Of a DNA stretch of 64,000 nt, positions 17,368-27,785 are shown piece after piece. This DNA comes from Candidatus Heimdallarchaeota archaeon (lineage in GTDB: Archaea; Asgardarchaeota; Heimdallarchaeia; JABLTI01). The translations under genes and the position numbers were made by a program. How positions within the stretch are numbered: the first letter of the stretch is position 1; each line of letters starts with the position of its first letter. The DNA lies in contig JAUWKS010000002.1 of the NCBI GenBank assembly GCA_030614005.1, positions 96,101 through 160,100 of the forward strand, given 5' to 3'. Under the pieces are notes generated by a model. The model worked only from the letters and a program-made list of their open reading frames with translations. It did not search any database and was not told the DNA's origin.

Positions 17368-18750
17368 TTGAGAAGATGGAAAATATATTTAATATGTAAT
17401 ACAATACAAAGTATCAGGGATTCGAAATTGGGATTGAGAAAACTAAATAGTACTGCAATAGTAGTAGTGATTGTATTAATTATCTTTTCAATAACTGGAA
17501 TAGCTATTTTCTTAGGGAATAGAAGTAAACCAATCACAATTATTGAAATAAATCATGTGAGCGATTTCTATCAAAGATATCATTTTCCTGGAAAAGGAAC
17601 GGAAGAAGAGCCTTACATAATTGAAGGATATAGATTGTCGGGTAATAAATACCATAACATCAAAATCTCATTAATAAAAGAGCATTTTATCATTCGAAAT
17701 TGTGTTGTGGAAAATTCAAATAAAGGAATTGAACTTATTGGATGTGAAAACGCAAAAATTATCAATAATACTATCAGAAACAATGATTTTGGAATTTGGA
17801 ACGGTGAGGGTATAATTAAAGGTAATTTGTTTAGTAATAATTTCAGTCCAATTGCCGGTTCTGTGTGTTGCAGAATACAATCAAATATCTTTAACAATAG
17901 CAAGTCAAATCCGAAGGGATGGAATGATGGAATCAGATTTTCTTCCTATGAAACAATAATTGAAGACAATATTTTCAATTCATTTGGCAAAGCGATAGTT
18001 TTGGATCGCGGAAGAGTAATTCAAGTAAAAAATAACTCGTTTAGGAATTGTGATTTTGGTGTTATTGTTAATGATGTTACGGACTGTAAACTAACATTTA
18101 ACACAGCGATAAATTGTACCACAGGGTTTACAATCATTCGAAGTGAAGAGATAGAATTATTACATAATAATTCAACAAAAAACAGAGAGAACGGATTCAA
18201 TATCGATACTGCTGAAAACTGCCTAATAGAAGGAAACAATGGATCAGGAAATGGAGACTATGGCATCTTGATGAAACGGATGACAAATGGGGATATACGA
18301 AATAATTACTTTGAGAGGAATAATGCAAGCGGTTTGTGTTTGTGGGTAGGGGATTATTATTCCATTAATAATAACTCTTGTAGCAATAACAACATAGGGA
18401 TAGAATTGAGCTGTGTAAATAATACTTCAATAAACTATAACAAAATTGAAACCAATAAAGAATACGGAATTGTAACAAGCGGTACAAATGCAACAATATG
18501 GAATAACAATTTCATAAACAACAATAATGACAATAACCCAACAATTACTTCGCAAGCGAAAGCAATAGTGAATGGAACAGGAATTTTTGATGAAAAATAT
18601 TATGGTTATCCTGAATGGTACAAGAAACAAGAAGAGAGAGGAAACTATTGGTCTGAATTAGTTTGGGCTATTGGAATAGAATATTTGATAGACCCAGGAA
18701 ATTGTACAGATAGCTATCCGCTTGAAAAACCAATAATGATAGATATATAA
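17368..18750 (+). CDS. Membrane-anchored right-handed beta-helix (pectate-lyase-like) repeat surface protein, paralog 1
   Basis: 460 aa. An N-terminal TM anchor is followed by many NN[ST]IxxNxxGIxL repeats. The C-terminus is conserved with its paralogs (GNYWSELVWAIGIEYLIDPGNCTDSYPLEKPIMI). Confidence 0.55.
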   Translation: MRRWKIYLICNTIQSIRDSKLGLRKLNSTAIVVVIVLIIFSITGIAIFLGNRSKPITIIEINHVSDFYQRYHFPGKGTEEEPYIIEGYRLSGNKYHNIKISLIKEHFIIRNCVVENSNKGIELIGCENAKIINNTIRNNDFGIWNGEGIIKGNLFSNNFSPIAGSVCCRIQSNIFNNSKSNPKGWNDGIRFSSYETIIEDNIFNSFGKAIVLDRGRVIQVKNNSFRNCDFGVIVNDVTDCKLTFNTAINCTTGFTIIRSEEIELLHNNSTKNRENGFNIDTAENCLIEGNNGSGNGDYGILMKRMTNGDIRNNYFERNNASGLCLWVGDYYSINNNSCSNNNIGIELSCVNNTSINYNKIETNKEYGIVTSGTNATIWNNNFINNNNDNNPTITSQAKAIVNGTGIFDEKYYGYPEWYKKQEERGNYWSELVWAIGIEYLIDPGNCTDSYPLEKPIMIDI

Positions 18751-18943
18751 AATCTCTATTATTTCATTAGTTTTTTTAGTAGATACTGTAAAAGTAAAGC
18801 TTCAAATGAACCACCTGTACAGTGACTTTTTTTTGTCAGTTATTTCAAATGAGTAACATAAGAATAAATTTCCTAAAAAAAGGAAACATTTATAACATAA
18901 TTTATGTACTTAATTATTGCTCTTTTTGAAAAGGAGCTGAGAG
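18751..18943. repeat. Duplicated intergenic segment (partner 21992-22190)
   Basis: ~170 nt that are nearly identical between the two copies (…aaatctctattat…agtagatactgtaaaagtaaagcttcaaatga…gtgacttttttttgtcagttatttcaaatgagtaacataagaataaatttccta…). Confidence 0.6.
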
Positions 18944-20440
18944 TTGGGAAATATGAAAAGACAAAAAAAACAGATAATTGTGGGATTATTACTTTCAATA
19001 ATCATTATTGGAATAATGAGTCCTTTAATTTCAAATGTTCGAGCAGCAAGTTATGCACTAGGTTACGTGAAAGATGATGGAACACGTGCAGGTATTGCTA
19101 GTGTTTATGTGACTGTTTATGGAAGATACGTGGATTCATATGGAAGGTTAAAATCCTTCTCAAGGAGTGGGTATACTAATTCATATGGTCGTTATTTGAT
19201 TACTCTCCCCAGTACAACCGTTTACACAAATGGATTAAGGGCTTCAAAAACAGGTTATGTTACTTACGATGGTAGTGTTGTAAATCCAGTTTATTTATCT
19301 GCGAAAGCTATCTCACTGCGCTTTACTGGTAAAGTTTTAGAAAAAACCGAAATCAATAATATTAAATATGTAAATTCAGGTACAAACACACTTACCTTAG
19401 ATTTACTCAATGATGGCCAAATAACAGGTTATTCCGATGTAATTACTGAGAAAATTATTTATGTAAGAATATATGATAAAAGCAACAATCTACTAAGGAC
19501 TGTATCATGCAATCAAGCAACAGGTTATTACGATACAGGTTCCTTCGGAGCACCAGCAGGAAATATAAAAGTCGTTATTACAGCAACACCCAGTGATATA
19601 AAACGATACAAAACAATAACCTACACTGAGGAATTTTTATCCACGAAAACAACTAATAAGAACTTCTATTTGGAGAGAGATTTAGGTGAAGTTTGGGCCT
19701 ATGGGGATGATGGAAGTTTTGATGATATTGATTATCATAAGCTAAAAGCCTATCATCCTAATAGTGGTGCCTTTTGGTTTGATGTAATGGACACGACCAT
19801 ACATACCAGTTGTCCTTCAACGATTGTTTATGAGCCTACTACAACAAAAACTACTTGGTCATGGTTAACAACATATTTTAATTGTAGAGGAACACAGCAA
19901 AACTTTATTGATAAAAGTCTAATTCGTGAAGCGAAAATACAGCTTTTTGTACAAAATAGATGGACAGATGATACTGATGTTATCAAAATGGGAAGAATTG
20001 ATAATCAACATAGTGAAGGATTTACAGCCGGTAACTTTGATTGGAATATTCAGGCATCATTGGGATATTCTGGATTGAATAATCCAATAGGCGGACAATT
20101 ACAACTATCGGGATCATATGAAGAGCCAGATGGAGTTATCCCTGATAGCAAGTCTATTGAACCAAAGGATAGAGTAAGAGAAGGAGATTGGACAGAAATT
20201 GGATGGATTACCATGGATTACACTAATCATAAGAAGTATCTTCAAAAATCATTACACACTCACTGGCAAATTGGTATTGATAATGAAAACTATTTGAATT
20301 TAAAAAATTGCGGTTCAAATATAAGATTCAAAGTAGTATATGGATTAAAATACAATCTTGCCAAGCGAATATATGGCAGAGTTGTTATGGCATACTTAGA
20401 TATGAACAAATTCTTGGTGATGATTGCGAATCTGGATTAA
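18944..20440 (+). CDS. Secreted CarboxypepD_reg/Ig-like fold surface protein, paralog 1
   Basis: 498 aa with a signal/TM N-terminus (KKQIIVGLLLSIIIIGIMSPLISNVRA) and a transthyretin-like segment (GYVKDDGTRAGIASVYVTVYGRY). Paralog at 22191-23798. Confidence 0.5.
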   Translation: MGNMKRQKKQIIVGLLLSIIIIGIMSPLISNVRAASYALGYVKDDGTRAGIASVYVTVYGRYVDSYGRLKSFSRSGYTNSYGRYLITLPSTTVYTNGLRASKTGYVTYDGSVVNPVYLSAKAISLRFTGKVLEKTEINNIKYVNSGTNTLTLDLLNDGQITGYSDVITEKIIYVRIYDKSNNLLRTVSCNQATGYYDTGSFGAPAGNIKVVITATPSDIKRYKTITYTEEFLSTKTTNKNFYLERDLGEVWAYGDDGSFDDIDYHKLKAYHPNSGAFWFDVMDTTIHTSCPSTIVYEPTTTKTTWSWLTTYFNCRGTQQNFIDKSLIREAKIQLFVQNRWTDDTDVIKMGRIDNQHSEGFTAGNFDWNIQASLGYSGLNNPIGGQLQLSGSYEEPDGVIPDSKSIEPKDRVREGDWTEIGWITMDYTNHKKYLQKSLHTHWQIGIDNENYLNLKNCGSNIRFKVVYGLKYNLAKRIYGRVVMAYLDMNKFLVMIANLD

Positions 20441-20680
20441 CGTATACATGGCAAAATCTTTGGAATGATGGTGTGAAACTTGACTTTGTTGATGGTGATT
20501 ATACTGCTCAAGATTTTATGGTGAACTTATTAGCTGGTGAAGCATCAACAGTACCAATATCACAATGATGTACTTAATAGTTTGTTATATTTGATAGCAA
20601 ACTATTTTTTTCAATTTCACAAAAAAAAACAAATAAGATAAATTTTGGAAAGAGAATAACATTATATCTGAGGGATAGAA

Positions 20681-21991
20681 TTGAAAAACACAAAAAGAAA
20701 TAGATTATTTGCACTATTAGTTATCAGTCTTATTGTTACAGTTACAGGAACATCAATTTTTTTAGGAATTTGGTTTCGACCTATAAAAGTGATTGAAGTT
20801 TATGACAACAAAGATTTTTCACGGAAATATCATTTTCCAGGCAAAGGTTCGAAAGATAATCCATATGTCATTGAAGGATATACTTTATCTGGAAACAGTC
20901 ATCATAATATACTAATTCGAGATGTATCAAAATATTTCATAATTCGAAATTGTGTTTTAGAGGGATCCAACAAAGGAATTAATCTTCTAAATCTAGAAAA
21001 TGGTTTTGCGAGAATAGAAAACAATACAATTCAGAATAATGTTTATGGTATTCTTATAAAGTCATGTTCAAATTTTATAATAAAAGGAAATGATTTTGAG
21101 GATAATTCTAGAGGAATTGAATCTAGCTCAATTGGAAATGGACTTATAGAAGATAATGTATTTTCAAATTGTGGAAATCAAGGAATGTTCCTTGGTCCAG
21201 ATTATAACATAACAATTCAAAACAATATTTTTAATAATTGTCGTGATGGATTCATTATCTTAGATTCTAATTTAATTTCAATAAATGGAAATACATTCAA
21301 CAATTGTAGTAGAACAAGTTTTGAAGCTCAATATATCAATAACATCAATATTCAAGGTAATACTGCTGTGGATTGTGGAAGTGGTTTTAATGTTGTGTAC
21401 AGTGAAAATGTAATCTTTTTGAGGAATAATTTCACAAAAACCAAAGATTGTATATGGGCCAGCTATTCGGATACAGTAGTAATAGAACAAAATTATTGTA
21501 GGGCAAGTGACACAGAAGGAATAAGAGCATTTGGAATTTCTAATGGAAGAATCAGCAATAATACGTTAGTTTCGAATAACGAAGAGGGACTATACATCTG
21601 GGGTAGTTTACAAATAAAGGTAAATAACAATTCATGCTATAATAATACAATTGGATTGAAGGTATTTTGCTCGAATCTAATAGATATAACCAATAACACT
21701 TTCGAACATAATTTAGAATATGGGGTAGTAACCAAAGGAGCAAATGCTACAATATGGAATAACAATTTCATAAACAATGATTACACAAATATCACTACAA
21801 TAAACTCTCAAGCAAGAGTAGATGGAAATTGTACAGATTGGATAGGATTTCCTATTTGGTATAATGACGATGCCTTACAAGGAAATTATTGGTCGGAGTT
21901 AATATGGTATGAAGGAGTAGAATATTTAATCGACCCAGGAAATCACACAGATAGCTATCCGCTTGAAAATCCAATAATGATAAATATTTAA
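20681..21991 (+). CDS. Membrane-anchored beta-helix repeat surface protein, paralog 2
   Basis: 436 aa, collinear with 17368-18750 and 23959-25311. Confidence 0.55.
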   Translation: MKNTKRNRLFALLVISLIVTVTGTSIFLGIWFRPIKVIEVYDNKDFSRKYHFPGKGSKDNPYVIEGYTLSGNSHHNILIRDVSKYFIIRNCVLEGSNKGINLLNLENGFARIENNTIQNNVYGILIKSCSNFIIKGNDFEDNSRGIESSSIGNGLIEDNVFSNCGNQGMFLGPDYNITIQNNIFNNCRDGFIILDSNLISINGNTFNNCSRTSFEAQYINNINIQGNTAVDCGSGFNVVYSENVIFLRNNFTKTKDCIWASYSDTVVIEQNYCRASDTEGIRAFGISNGRISNNTLVSNNEEGLYIWGSLQIKVNNNSCYNNTIGLKVFCSNLIDITNNTFEHNLEYGVVTKGANATIWNNNFINNDYTNITTINSQARVDGNCTDWIGFPIWYNDDALQGNYWSELIWYEGVEYLIDPGNHTDSYPLENPIMINI

Positions 21992-22190
21992 AATCTCTAT
22001 TATTTTCATCAGTTTTTTTAGTAGATACTGTAAAAGTAAAGCTTCAAATGAAGCACCTGTACAGTGACTTTTTTTTGTCAGTTATTTCAAATGAGTAACA
22101 TAAGAATAAATTTCCTAATAAAAGGAAATATTAATAACATAATATATATCATTGAATATGCTCTTTTTGAAAGGTGAAAGGAGTTGAGAG
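21992..22190. repeat. Duplicated intergenic segment (partner 18751-18943)
   Basis: Near-identical to 18751-18943, indicating tandem segmental duplication. Confidence 0.6.
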
Positions 22191-23798
22191 TTGGAAAAAA
22201 TGAAAAAACAAAAGAAGCAGATAATTGTGGGATTATTATTTTCAATAATCATTATTGGAATAATGAGTCCGTTAATTTCAAATGTTCGAGCAAAAAGCTA
22301 TGCACGAGGTTATGTGAAAGATGATGGAACACGTGCAGGTATTGCTAGTGTATATGTGACTGTTTACGGAAGATACGAGGATTCATATGGAAGGTTAAAA
22401 TCCTTCTCAAGGAGTGGGTATACTAACTCAAATGGTTATTATTCGATTACTCTACCAAGTACAACCGTTTACACAAATGGATTAAGGGCTATAAAAACAG
22501 GTTATGTTACTTATGATGGTAGTGTTGTAAATCCAGTTTATTTATCTGCAAAAAGTATATCACTGCGCTTTACTGGTAAAGTTTTAGAAGATCAAGTAAT
22601 TGACAATATAAAAGTTGTTAATGCCGAACAAGTTTCCCTGGACATTGCTAGTGGAGTTTCAGGTTACTCAAATATTCTAACAGATAAAGTTATTTATGTA
22701 AGAATATATGACAAATGTAACAACCTATTAAGGACAGTGTCATGCAATCAAGTAGAGGGTCATTACGATACAGGTTCTTTTGGTGCTCCTGCTGGAAACA
22801 TTAAATTTGAGATTACATCTTTACCTAGTGATATTCGAAAATATAAGACATTAATACATACAGAGGAAATTTTATCTTCTACAACTGCTAGTAGAAATTT
22901 CTATTTGCAAAGAGATCTTGGTGAAGTTTGGGTTAATGGTCACACCAATGGACCAGGGGCATTTGATGAAATTAATGATCATAAGGTAAATATAGAAGAC
23001 ACTGAAGGGTACGCTTTCATTGAAGGGCTCGATTTCTCTGTTGATGCTGAATGCCCTCCAACAATTGTATATAACCCATGGGGATCATTTGAAACTTATA
23101 CATTCCTAAGAACTAGCTTTGATATTACAGGAGCAACTTTTGGTGCAGCTAAGTGTCTTACACCAGGAGCTAGAGTAAGTTTATATGCAAGAAATCAGTG
23201 GTCTGATAATGTTGATATTCTGGACTTAACAGACATACATTATGATTCTAGCTCACAATATAGTTCAGCTAAGCTTGATTGGACCGTTCAAGCTTCCTTA
23301 GGTTATAGTGGATTAACAAGTGCTCTGGGTGGACAAATTCAGCTTTCCTCAACTTATACTCCACCGCAAGGAGTAAGCATAGATTATGATACAACAAAGT
23401 CACAAGATGGGGATTGGACTAGATTAGGATATATAGATGTAGATTACACAGATGATAAAGAAAATCTACAAAAAAAGATGGACTTAAAATGGGAAATACA
23501 GATAGATAACGGAGAAAACTATGGAGAACTATTTAGCCTTTATGAGTGTGGTTCAAATATTCAATTTAAAGTAGTACATGAATTCAATTTACAATGTGTG
23601 TCTTTAGGTTGTTGGGCTACATTTTATGGAAAAATAAAATTTGAACAAATACTTGGGGACAACACTGTGTCAGGGATAACGACAACACTTTTACCAGAGT
23701 GGGGTTCTTATCTATTAGTGGAAACATTTGGAAACTATGATGCCACCGATTATACTATTAATCTACTCAGAGGTGAATCTGCAATTTTATACATCTAA
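22191..23798 (+). CDS. Secreted CarboxypepD_reg/Ig-like fold surface protein, paralog 2
   Basis: 535 aa; the N-terminal ~130 aa are nearly identical to 18944-20440. Confidence 0.5.
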   Translation: MEKMKKQKKQIIVGLLFSIIIIGIMSPLISNVRAKSYARGYVKDDGTRAGIASVYVTVYGRYEDSYGRLKSFSRSGYTNSNGYYSITLPSTTVYTNGLRAIKTGYVTYDGSVVNPVYLSAKSISLRFTGKVLEDQVIDNIKVVNAEQVSLDIASGVSGYSNILTDKVIYVRIYDKCNNLLRTVSCNQVEGHYDTGSFGAPAGNIKFEITSLPSDIRKYKTLIHTEEILSSTTASRNFYLQRDLGEVWVNGHTNGPGAFDEINDHKVNIEDTEGYAFIEGLDFSVDAECPPTIVYNPWGSFETYTFLRTSFDITGATFGAAKCLTPGARVSLYARNQWSDNVDILDLTDIHYDSSSQYSSAKLDWTVQASLGYSGLTSALGGQIQLSSTYTPPQGVSIDYDTTKSQDGDWTRLGYIDVDYTDDKENLQKKMDLKWEIQIDNGENYGELFSLYECGSNIQFKVVHEFNLQCVSLGCWATFYGKIKFEQILGDNTVSGITTTLLPEWGSYLLVETFGNYDATDYTINLLRGESAILYI

Positions 23799-23958
23799 TT
23801 AAGATTTTTTGCTAAATTTCTAGCAAAAACATTCTCTTTTTTTGGATTAGATGTGTGATTTAAGCATTAGTTTAAATAATGAAAATTTATAACAATCTGG
23901 AAAACATTGGGAATGAACTACCTTTGGATTTTTAACATATTATTATATAAAAACAGTA

Positions 23959-25311
23959 TTGAGTAGATATGGAAATAAAAATATGAGGAAACTGAGAATG
24001 GGATTAAAAAAAGTTGATAACAAAATTCTTACAATACTAATAATTGGACTAGTTATATCTATAACTGGAACAGCAATCTTTTTGGGAATATGGTTCAAAC
24101 CAATAAAAGTAATAGAAATATATGAGGATAAAGATTTTTCACGAAAGTATCACTTTCCCGGAAAGGGAACTAAAGGTGACCCTTATATTATTGATGGATA
24201 CAAATTATCAGGCAATAAATATCATAATATCAAAATATATGATGTTACGAAACATTTTATCATTCAAAATTGTGTTTTGGAACACTCTGATAAAGGTATT
24301 GATCTAAGAGGATTAGCTGATGGTATTGCAATGATAATCAACAATACCATACAAAATAATGATTGGGGGATAAGAGCAAATGCATGTGTTAATTGCTTCA
24401 TAAGTGGAAATAGTTTTTTTAACAATAATGTTGGGATTAGTGCAGGTTCAGGCAATGGTTATACTATACAAGCAAACACCTTTAGTAATAACTCTAATAC
24501 TGCAATGAATTTAATATGGAACTATAATACAAAGATACAAAATAATATTATTGAAACAGTAAATCAAGGGTTGAAAATTACTTATTCTGATTTAGTACTT
24601 ATAGAAGGAAACAACTTTAGCGAGTGTAGTGATATAAGTTTAACAGCACAATATTTAACTGAAACAACCATTGCAAACAACTCAGTAACAAATTGTGGAA
24701 TAGGATTTGCGATTGCTTTTACTGAAACAATCAATATAGATAGGAACAATTTTACAAATAATAACAACGGAGTATTAGTAAGTGTAACAAGCGATGGTTT
24801 AATAGAGCATAATTATTGTGCTAACAATAAATATTATGGAATAAGAGCTTACAATTTGATATATAGTAGTATAAGGAATAATAGACTGATTTCCAATAAT
24901 GGTAGTGGGTTAATAATCGAGCTATGTTTTGCCACAGAGATAAACAATAATACTTGCTACAATAATACTCAAGGATTGGAAATTTCTTGTTCAAGCATAT
25001 CAAAAATCAGCTATAATACATTGGAGCATAATTTAGTGTATGGTATAGTAATGCAAGGAGTAAATACAACTGTTTGGAATAATAATTTTATAGATAATAA
25101 CTATCAAAATAACCCTGAAATTACTTCACAAGCAAAAGTAGAAGGAAATTGTACAGATTGGGTAGGATTTCCAGAATGGTTCAATAATACAACAAAACAA
25201 GGAAACTATTGGTCAGACTTAGCGTGGACGATAGGAATAGAATACACCATCGATCCAGGAAATTATACGGATAGCTATCCACTAGAAGAACCGGTAATAA
25301 TCAATAGCTGA
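23959..25311 (+). CDS. Membrane-anchored beta-helix repeat surface protein, paralog 3
   Basis: 450 aa with the same architecture and conserved C-terminus (GNYWSDLAWTIGIEYTIDPGNYTDSYPLEEPVII). Confidence 0.55.
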   Translation: MSRYGNKNMRKLRMGLKKVDNKILTILIIGLVISITGTAIFLGIWFKPIKVIEIYEDKDFSRKYHFPGKGTKGDPYIIDGYKLSGNKYHNIKIYDVTKHFIIQNCVLEHSDKGIDLRGLADGIAMIINNTIQNNDWGIRANACVNCFISGNSFFNNNVGISAGSGNGYTIQANTFSNNSNTAMNLIWNYNTKIQNNIIETVNQGLKITYSDLVLIEGNNFSECSDISLTAQYLTETTIANNSVTNCGIGFAIAFTETINIDRNNFTNNNNGVLVSVTSDGLIEHNYCANNKYYGIRAYNLIYSSIRNNRLISNNGSGLIIELCFATEINNNTCYNNTQGLEISCSSISKISYNTLEHNLVYGIVMQGVNTTVWNNNFIDNNYQNNPEITSQAKVEGNCTDWVGFPEWFNNTTKQGNYWSDLAWTIGIEYTIDPGNYTDSYPLEEPVIINS

Positions 25312-25388
25312 AGCAAATAAAAAAACACCTTAAAACATAAGCTTAGAAAAGATTAAAAAGGAAAAAAGAACAGAAAAAAAGTAATTAC

Positions 25389-25535
25389 GCCCTGATAGTG
25401 TAGTACGGCTCATCATCTTCGGCTGTCAAAGCCAAGAAATGTGCACTGCAAGCTTTTGGCTGCAGAGCCCGATGGACATGAATGTGCAAAGAAAAACGCA
25501 TTCACCATTAACGGGTTCGAATCCCGTTCGGGGCG
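25389..25535 (+). tRNA. tRNA-like gene with long intervening sequence (intron-containing or split); isotype not determined
   Basis: The 5' end GCCCUGA-UA-GUGUAGUACGG (acceptor + D-arm-like) and the 3' end ACGGG-UUCGAAU-CCCGU-UCGGGGC-G form a canonical T-arm and an acceptor stem complementary to the 5' end. About 70 nt of extra sequence lies between them, consistent with archaeal BHB introns. I could not fold an anticodon arm confidently. Confidence 0.45.
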
Positions 25536-25733
25536 CTTTTTCCCCATTTCCCATAATACATAATTATATAATCAAATAGTTATTTTATAAAAAAGTTTTC
25601 TTTGTCAAGATTTTTCTAGATAAAAAATAGAACAGATAAAAAAGGTAAAGACCTAATTTATCTGTTATCAGAATCCCATTCGGAGCGCTGTTTCTACTTC
25701 TTAACAGTTTCTTATTACTGTCTTAACTACTAG

Positions 25734-26738
25734 CTATGTTAACGCTTTTTTCTTTTCGCTACTCATGCTAGTAATTCGATGCATCTCAGCATCTCTGATA
25801 GTGTTAAGATCTTCATCTTCTTCATCTATCGATGTTGAGACATTTCTTACTAGGTATACTTTTTCTCTGCTAATTTTCAACCATTGATTGTAGTAGCTAG
25901 TTATTGCAAGATTTACCATTAGTAGTAAGTGGTTTTTGAGTGAGTTTCTTGCATATCTAAAAGACACTACTACTCTATCTAATTCTATAGATTTGAGTAT
26001 ATAATCATACAGTTTATTGGTTGATTCTTGTCTTGCCTCTATTTCTTTTGCTAATTTAACAAAGTCTATCTTACCGTTTTCGAAATCATATCGTCCCTTT
26101 GTCAAATAGCTGGTTTTTCTGTTCATGTATGCCGCTACTTGGTCGAAGTATCTTACTATTGGGTGTAAATTATTCCCTTTTATTTTCCTCACATGATGAT
26201 TTTGACATGCTTCTCTTATTTCCTCATCATTGATTTCTACTTCTTGGAAAATCTTACTCATATGCCTCTCTGTATGCACAAAATCATGAAGCATCAGAGC
26301 TCGAAGTAATCTTTGTAGTTTCTTAGGATAATTTGTTCCCAAACCCTTTCGTATTCTGAATTTCTTTCGTTTTGGTTCTGAAGGTATTTTCTTGTATTTT
26401 TCTTCTTTATACTCTAACCACTTTACTTTTCCAAGGCCATCATTCTTTTTACTTCCTAGATATTCCTTCCTAAGATATTGTTTGATTGTTTCTTTTCCTC
26501 GAGTTTCATTACAATCTACTGTTGTTACTCTTACGAATCCTCTATATGCTAGGTATTCATCGGGTATTTTTCGTTCCCCTTTAATCAATTTTCCAACATA
26601 ACTTTTGAGTGGTTTTTCATTTGTTTCTAATTCTCTAACTATTCTTATCCAGACCTTTCCTTTCTTAAGAAGTGGTTTTGAAGCAATTATTGGTGAGAGT
26701 AATTCACCAGTCAGAGTATAGAGTGTTCTTATTTCCAT
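25734..26738 (-). CDS. RAMP-like/HD-like fusion protein, copy 2 (divergent; lacks the CxxC pairs)
   Basis: 334 aa; G-rich loop LGSKKNDGLGKVKW, then LMLHDFVHTERH...ACQNHH...NHLLLMVNLAITSYY, collinear with 778-1917. Confidence 0.45.
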   Translation of the reverse strand: MEIRTLYTLTGELLSPIIASKPLLKKGKVWIRIVRELETNEKPLKSYVGKLIKGERKIPDEYLAYRGFVRVTTVDCNETRGKETIKQYLRKEYLGSKKNDGLGKVKWLEYKEEKYKKIPSEPKRKKFRIRKGLGTNYPKKLQRLLRALMLHDFVHTERHMSKIFQEVEINDEEIREACQNHHVRKIKGNNLHPIVRYFDQVAAYMNRKTSYLTKGRYDFENGKIDFVKLAKEIEARQESTNKLYDYILKSIELDRVVVSFRYARNSLKNHLLLMVNLAITSYYNQWLKISREKVYLVRNVSTSIDEEDEDLNTIRDAEMHRITSMSSEKKKALT

Positions 26739-27508
26739 GCTTTCAACACCTCATCCATCTCTTTCCAGAGATTTTGTTCTGATTCTTTTTCGATTACTTT
26801 TCCTTTCTTTACAGTTCTCGTCCTTGTTACTTCTTGCAAATTCACTTCTAGTAGGTCTATTTTCCCAGCACCGTTATTTGCCGATGCACCCCACCGTATT
26901 TCGGGCATGTAAAGAATACTTTTCAAAAGGAATCCTAGTAACTCTTGATCTAGCTCTTTTAGTAGTTCGATCTCCAAGTTAAATTCACCAGCAATGAATC
27001 GTTCTCTAAAATCTTGTGTGCTTCTCTTTGAATCTTTCATTAGAGCATTTCGTATTTCAGTAGATAGATGTACTTTCTGTGCGTCATTAATTTCTTCTTT
27101 GATGTTATCGGATGTTATTATCACAGGATTAAATCTCACTACGGATTGTTTCTTTAAGGACCCCATTAATTTATGTCTAATGCATTCTTCTTCTGGATAG
27201 CATGAACCATTAAGATGATACCCTTCAGGTAGTAATGGTTCTCCTTTCTGTGTTGTCTTTTTATCAGATATGTGACATACTTCTATTTCTCTTTGTTTTG
27301 CCAGTTCCATCATTGCGTGATTCAATACGCCTCTTAATCCTTTTACTAAGTATCTCTTACCCTCTTTTCCACCATTTGGATTATAGACTAATAGCAGATT
27401 TTTCATATTCCCTCTTGCCATCTGACCATTTCCAGGTTTCGCTATGGAGGTTCTAACAGTTATTTTTATTCGCTTAAACGTTCGAGAGACAAACATAAGT
27501 TTCACCAT
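26729..27508 (-). CDS. Cas7-like RAMP protein, copy 2 (divergent)
   Basis: 259 aa with RYLVKGLRGVLNHAMMEL (G-x-LR motif). The N-terminus RTFKRIKITVRT is collinear with the copy 1/3 N-termini. It overlaps the downstream RAMP-HD gene by 10 nt. Confidence 0.5.
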   Translation of the reverse strand: MVKLMFVSRTFKRIKITVRTSIAKPGNGQMARGNMKNLLLVYNPNGGKEGKRYLVKGLRGVLNHAMMELAKQREIEVCHISDKKTTQKGEPLLPEGYHLNGSCYPEEECIRHKLMGSLKKQSVVRFNPVIITSDNIKEEINDAQKVHLSTEIRNALMKDSKRSTQDFRERFIAGEFNLEIELLKELDQELLGFLLKSILYMPEIRWGASANNGAGKIDLLEVNLQEVTRTRTVKKGKVIEKESEQNLWKEMDEVLKAWK

Positions 27509-27608
27509 ATTAATGTAATATATATTTAATATATATTATTTATCTATTTAAACGCTTCGCTGAGAATATTTATATTTAAATTTAATTAGTACAATATAGT
27601 GATGTGCT
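27509..27608. promoter_or_regulatory. Divergent promoter region, cassette 2
   Basis: 100 nt AT-rich spacer between the Cas7-like gene and the AbrB-like gene. Confidence 0.25.
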
Positions 27609-27785
27609 TTGGCAGAAAATGATGAAGCGGTGTTAATTTATTTCAAAAGAAAAGTAGGTAAAATTGGTGACAGTTTACATATTACAATACCTAAAGAAAT
27701 CGTAGAGGCTCTAGACATTAAACAGGGAGACACTTTGGGAATTTTTGCAAAGGATTACAAAACAATCGAAGTGAAAAAACAATGA
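27609..27785 (+). CDS. AbrB/SpoVT-family DNA-binding protein, copy 2 (probable TTG start)
   Basis: In-frame translation LAENDEAVLIYFKRKVGKIGDSLHITIPKEIVEALDIKQGDTLGIFAKDYKTIEVKKQ, homologous to 2912-3100. It is below the 60-aa ORF cutoff and has no ATG. The TTG at 27609 follows a stop. Confidence 0.5.
   Translation: MAENDEAVLIYFKRKVGKIGDSLHITIPKEIVEALDIKQGDTLGIFAKDYKTIEVKKQ

Noticed and set aside
25389-25535. Attempt to assign anticodon/isotype to the tRNA-like gene
   Set aside because: Several candidate anticodon stems (e.g. GAAUG/CAUUC, GGCU/AGCC) could be drawn, but none gave a canonical 5-bp stem with a U33-containing 7-nt loop without assuming unverified intron boundaries. The isotype is left undetermined.
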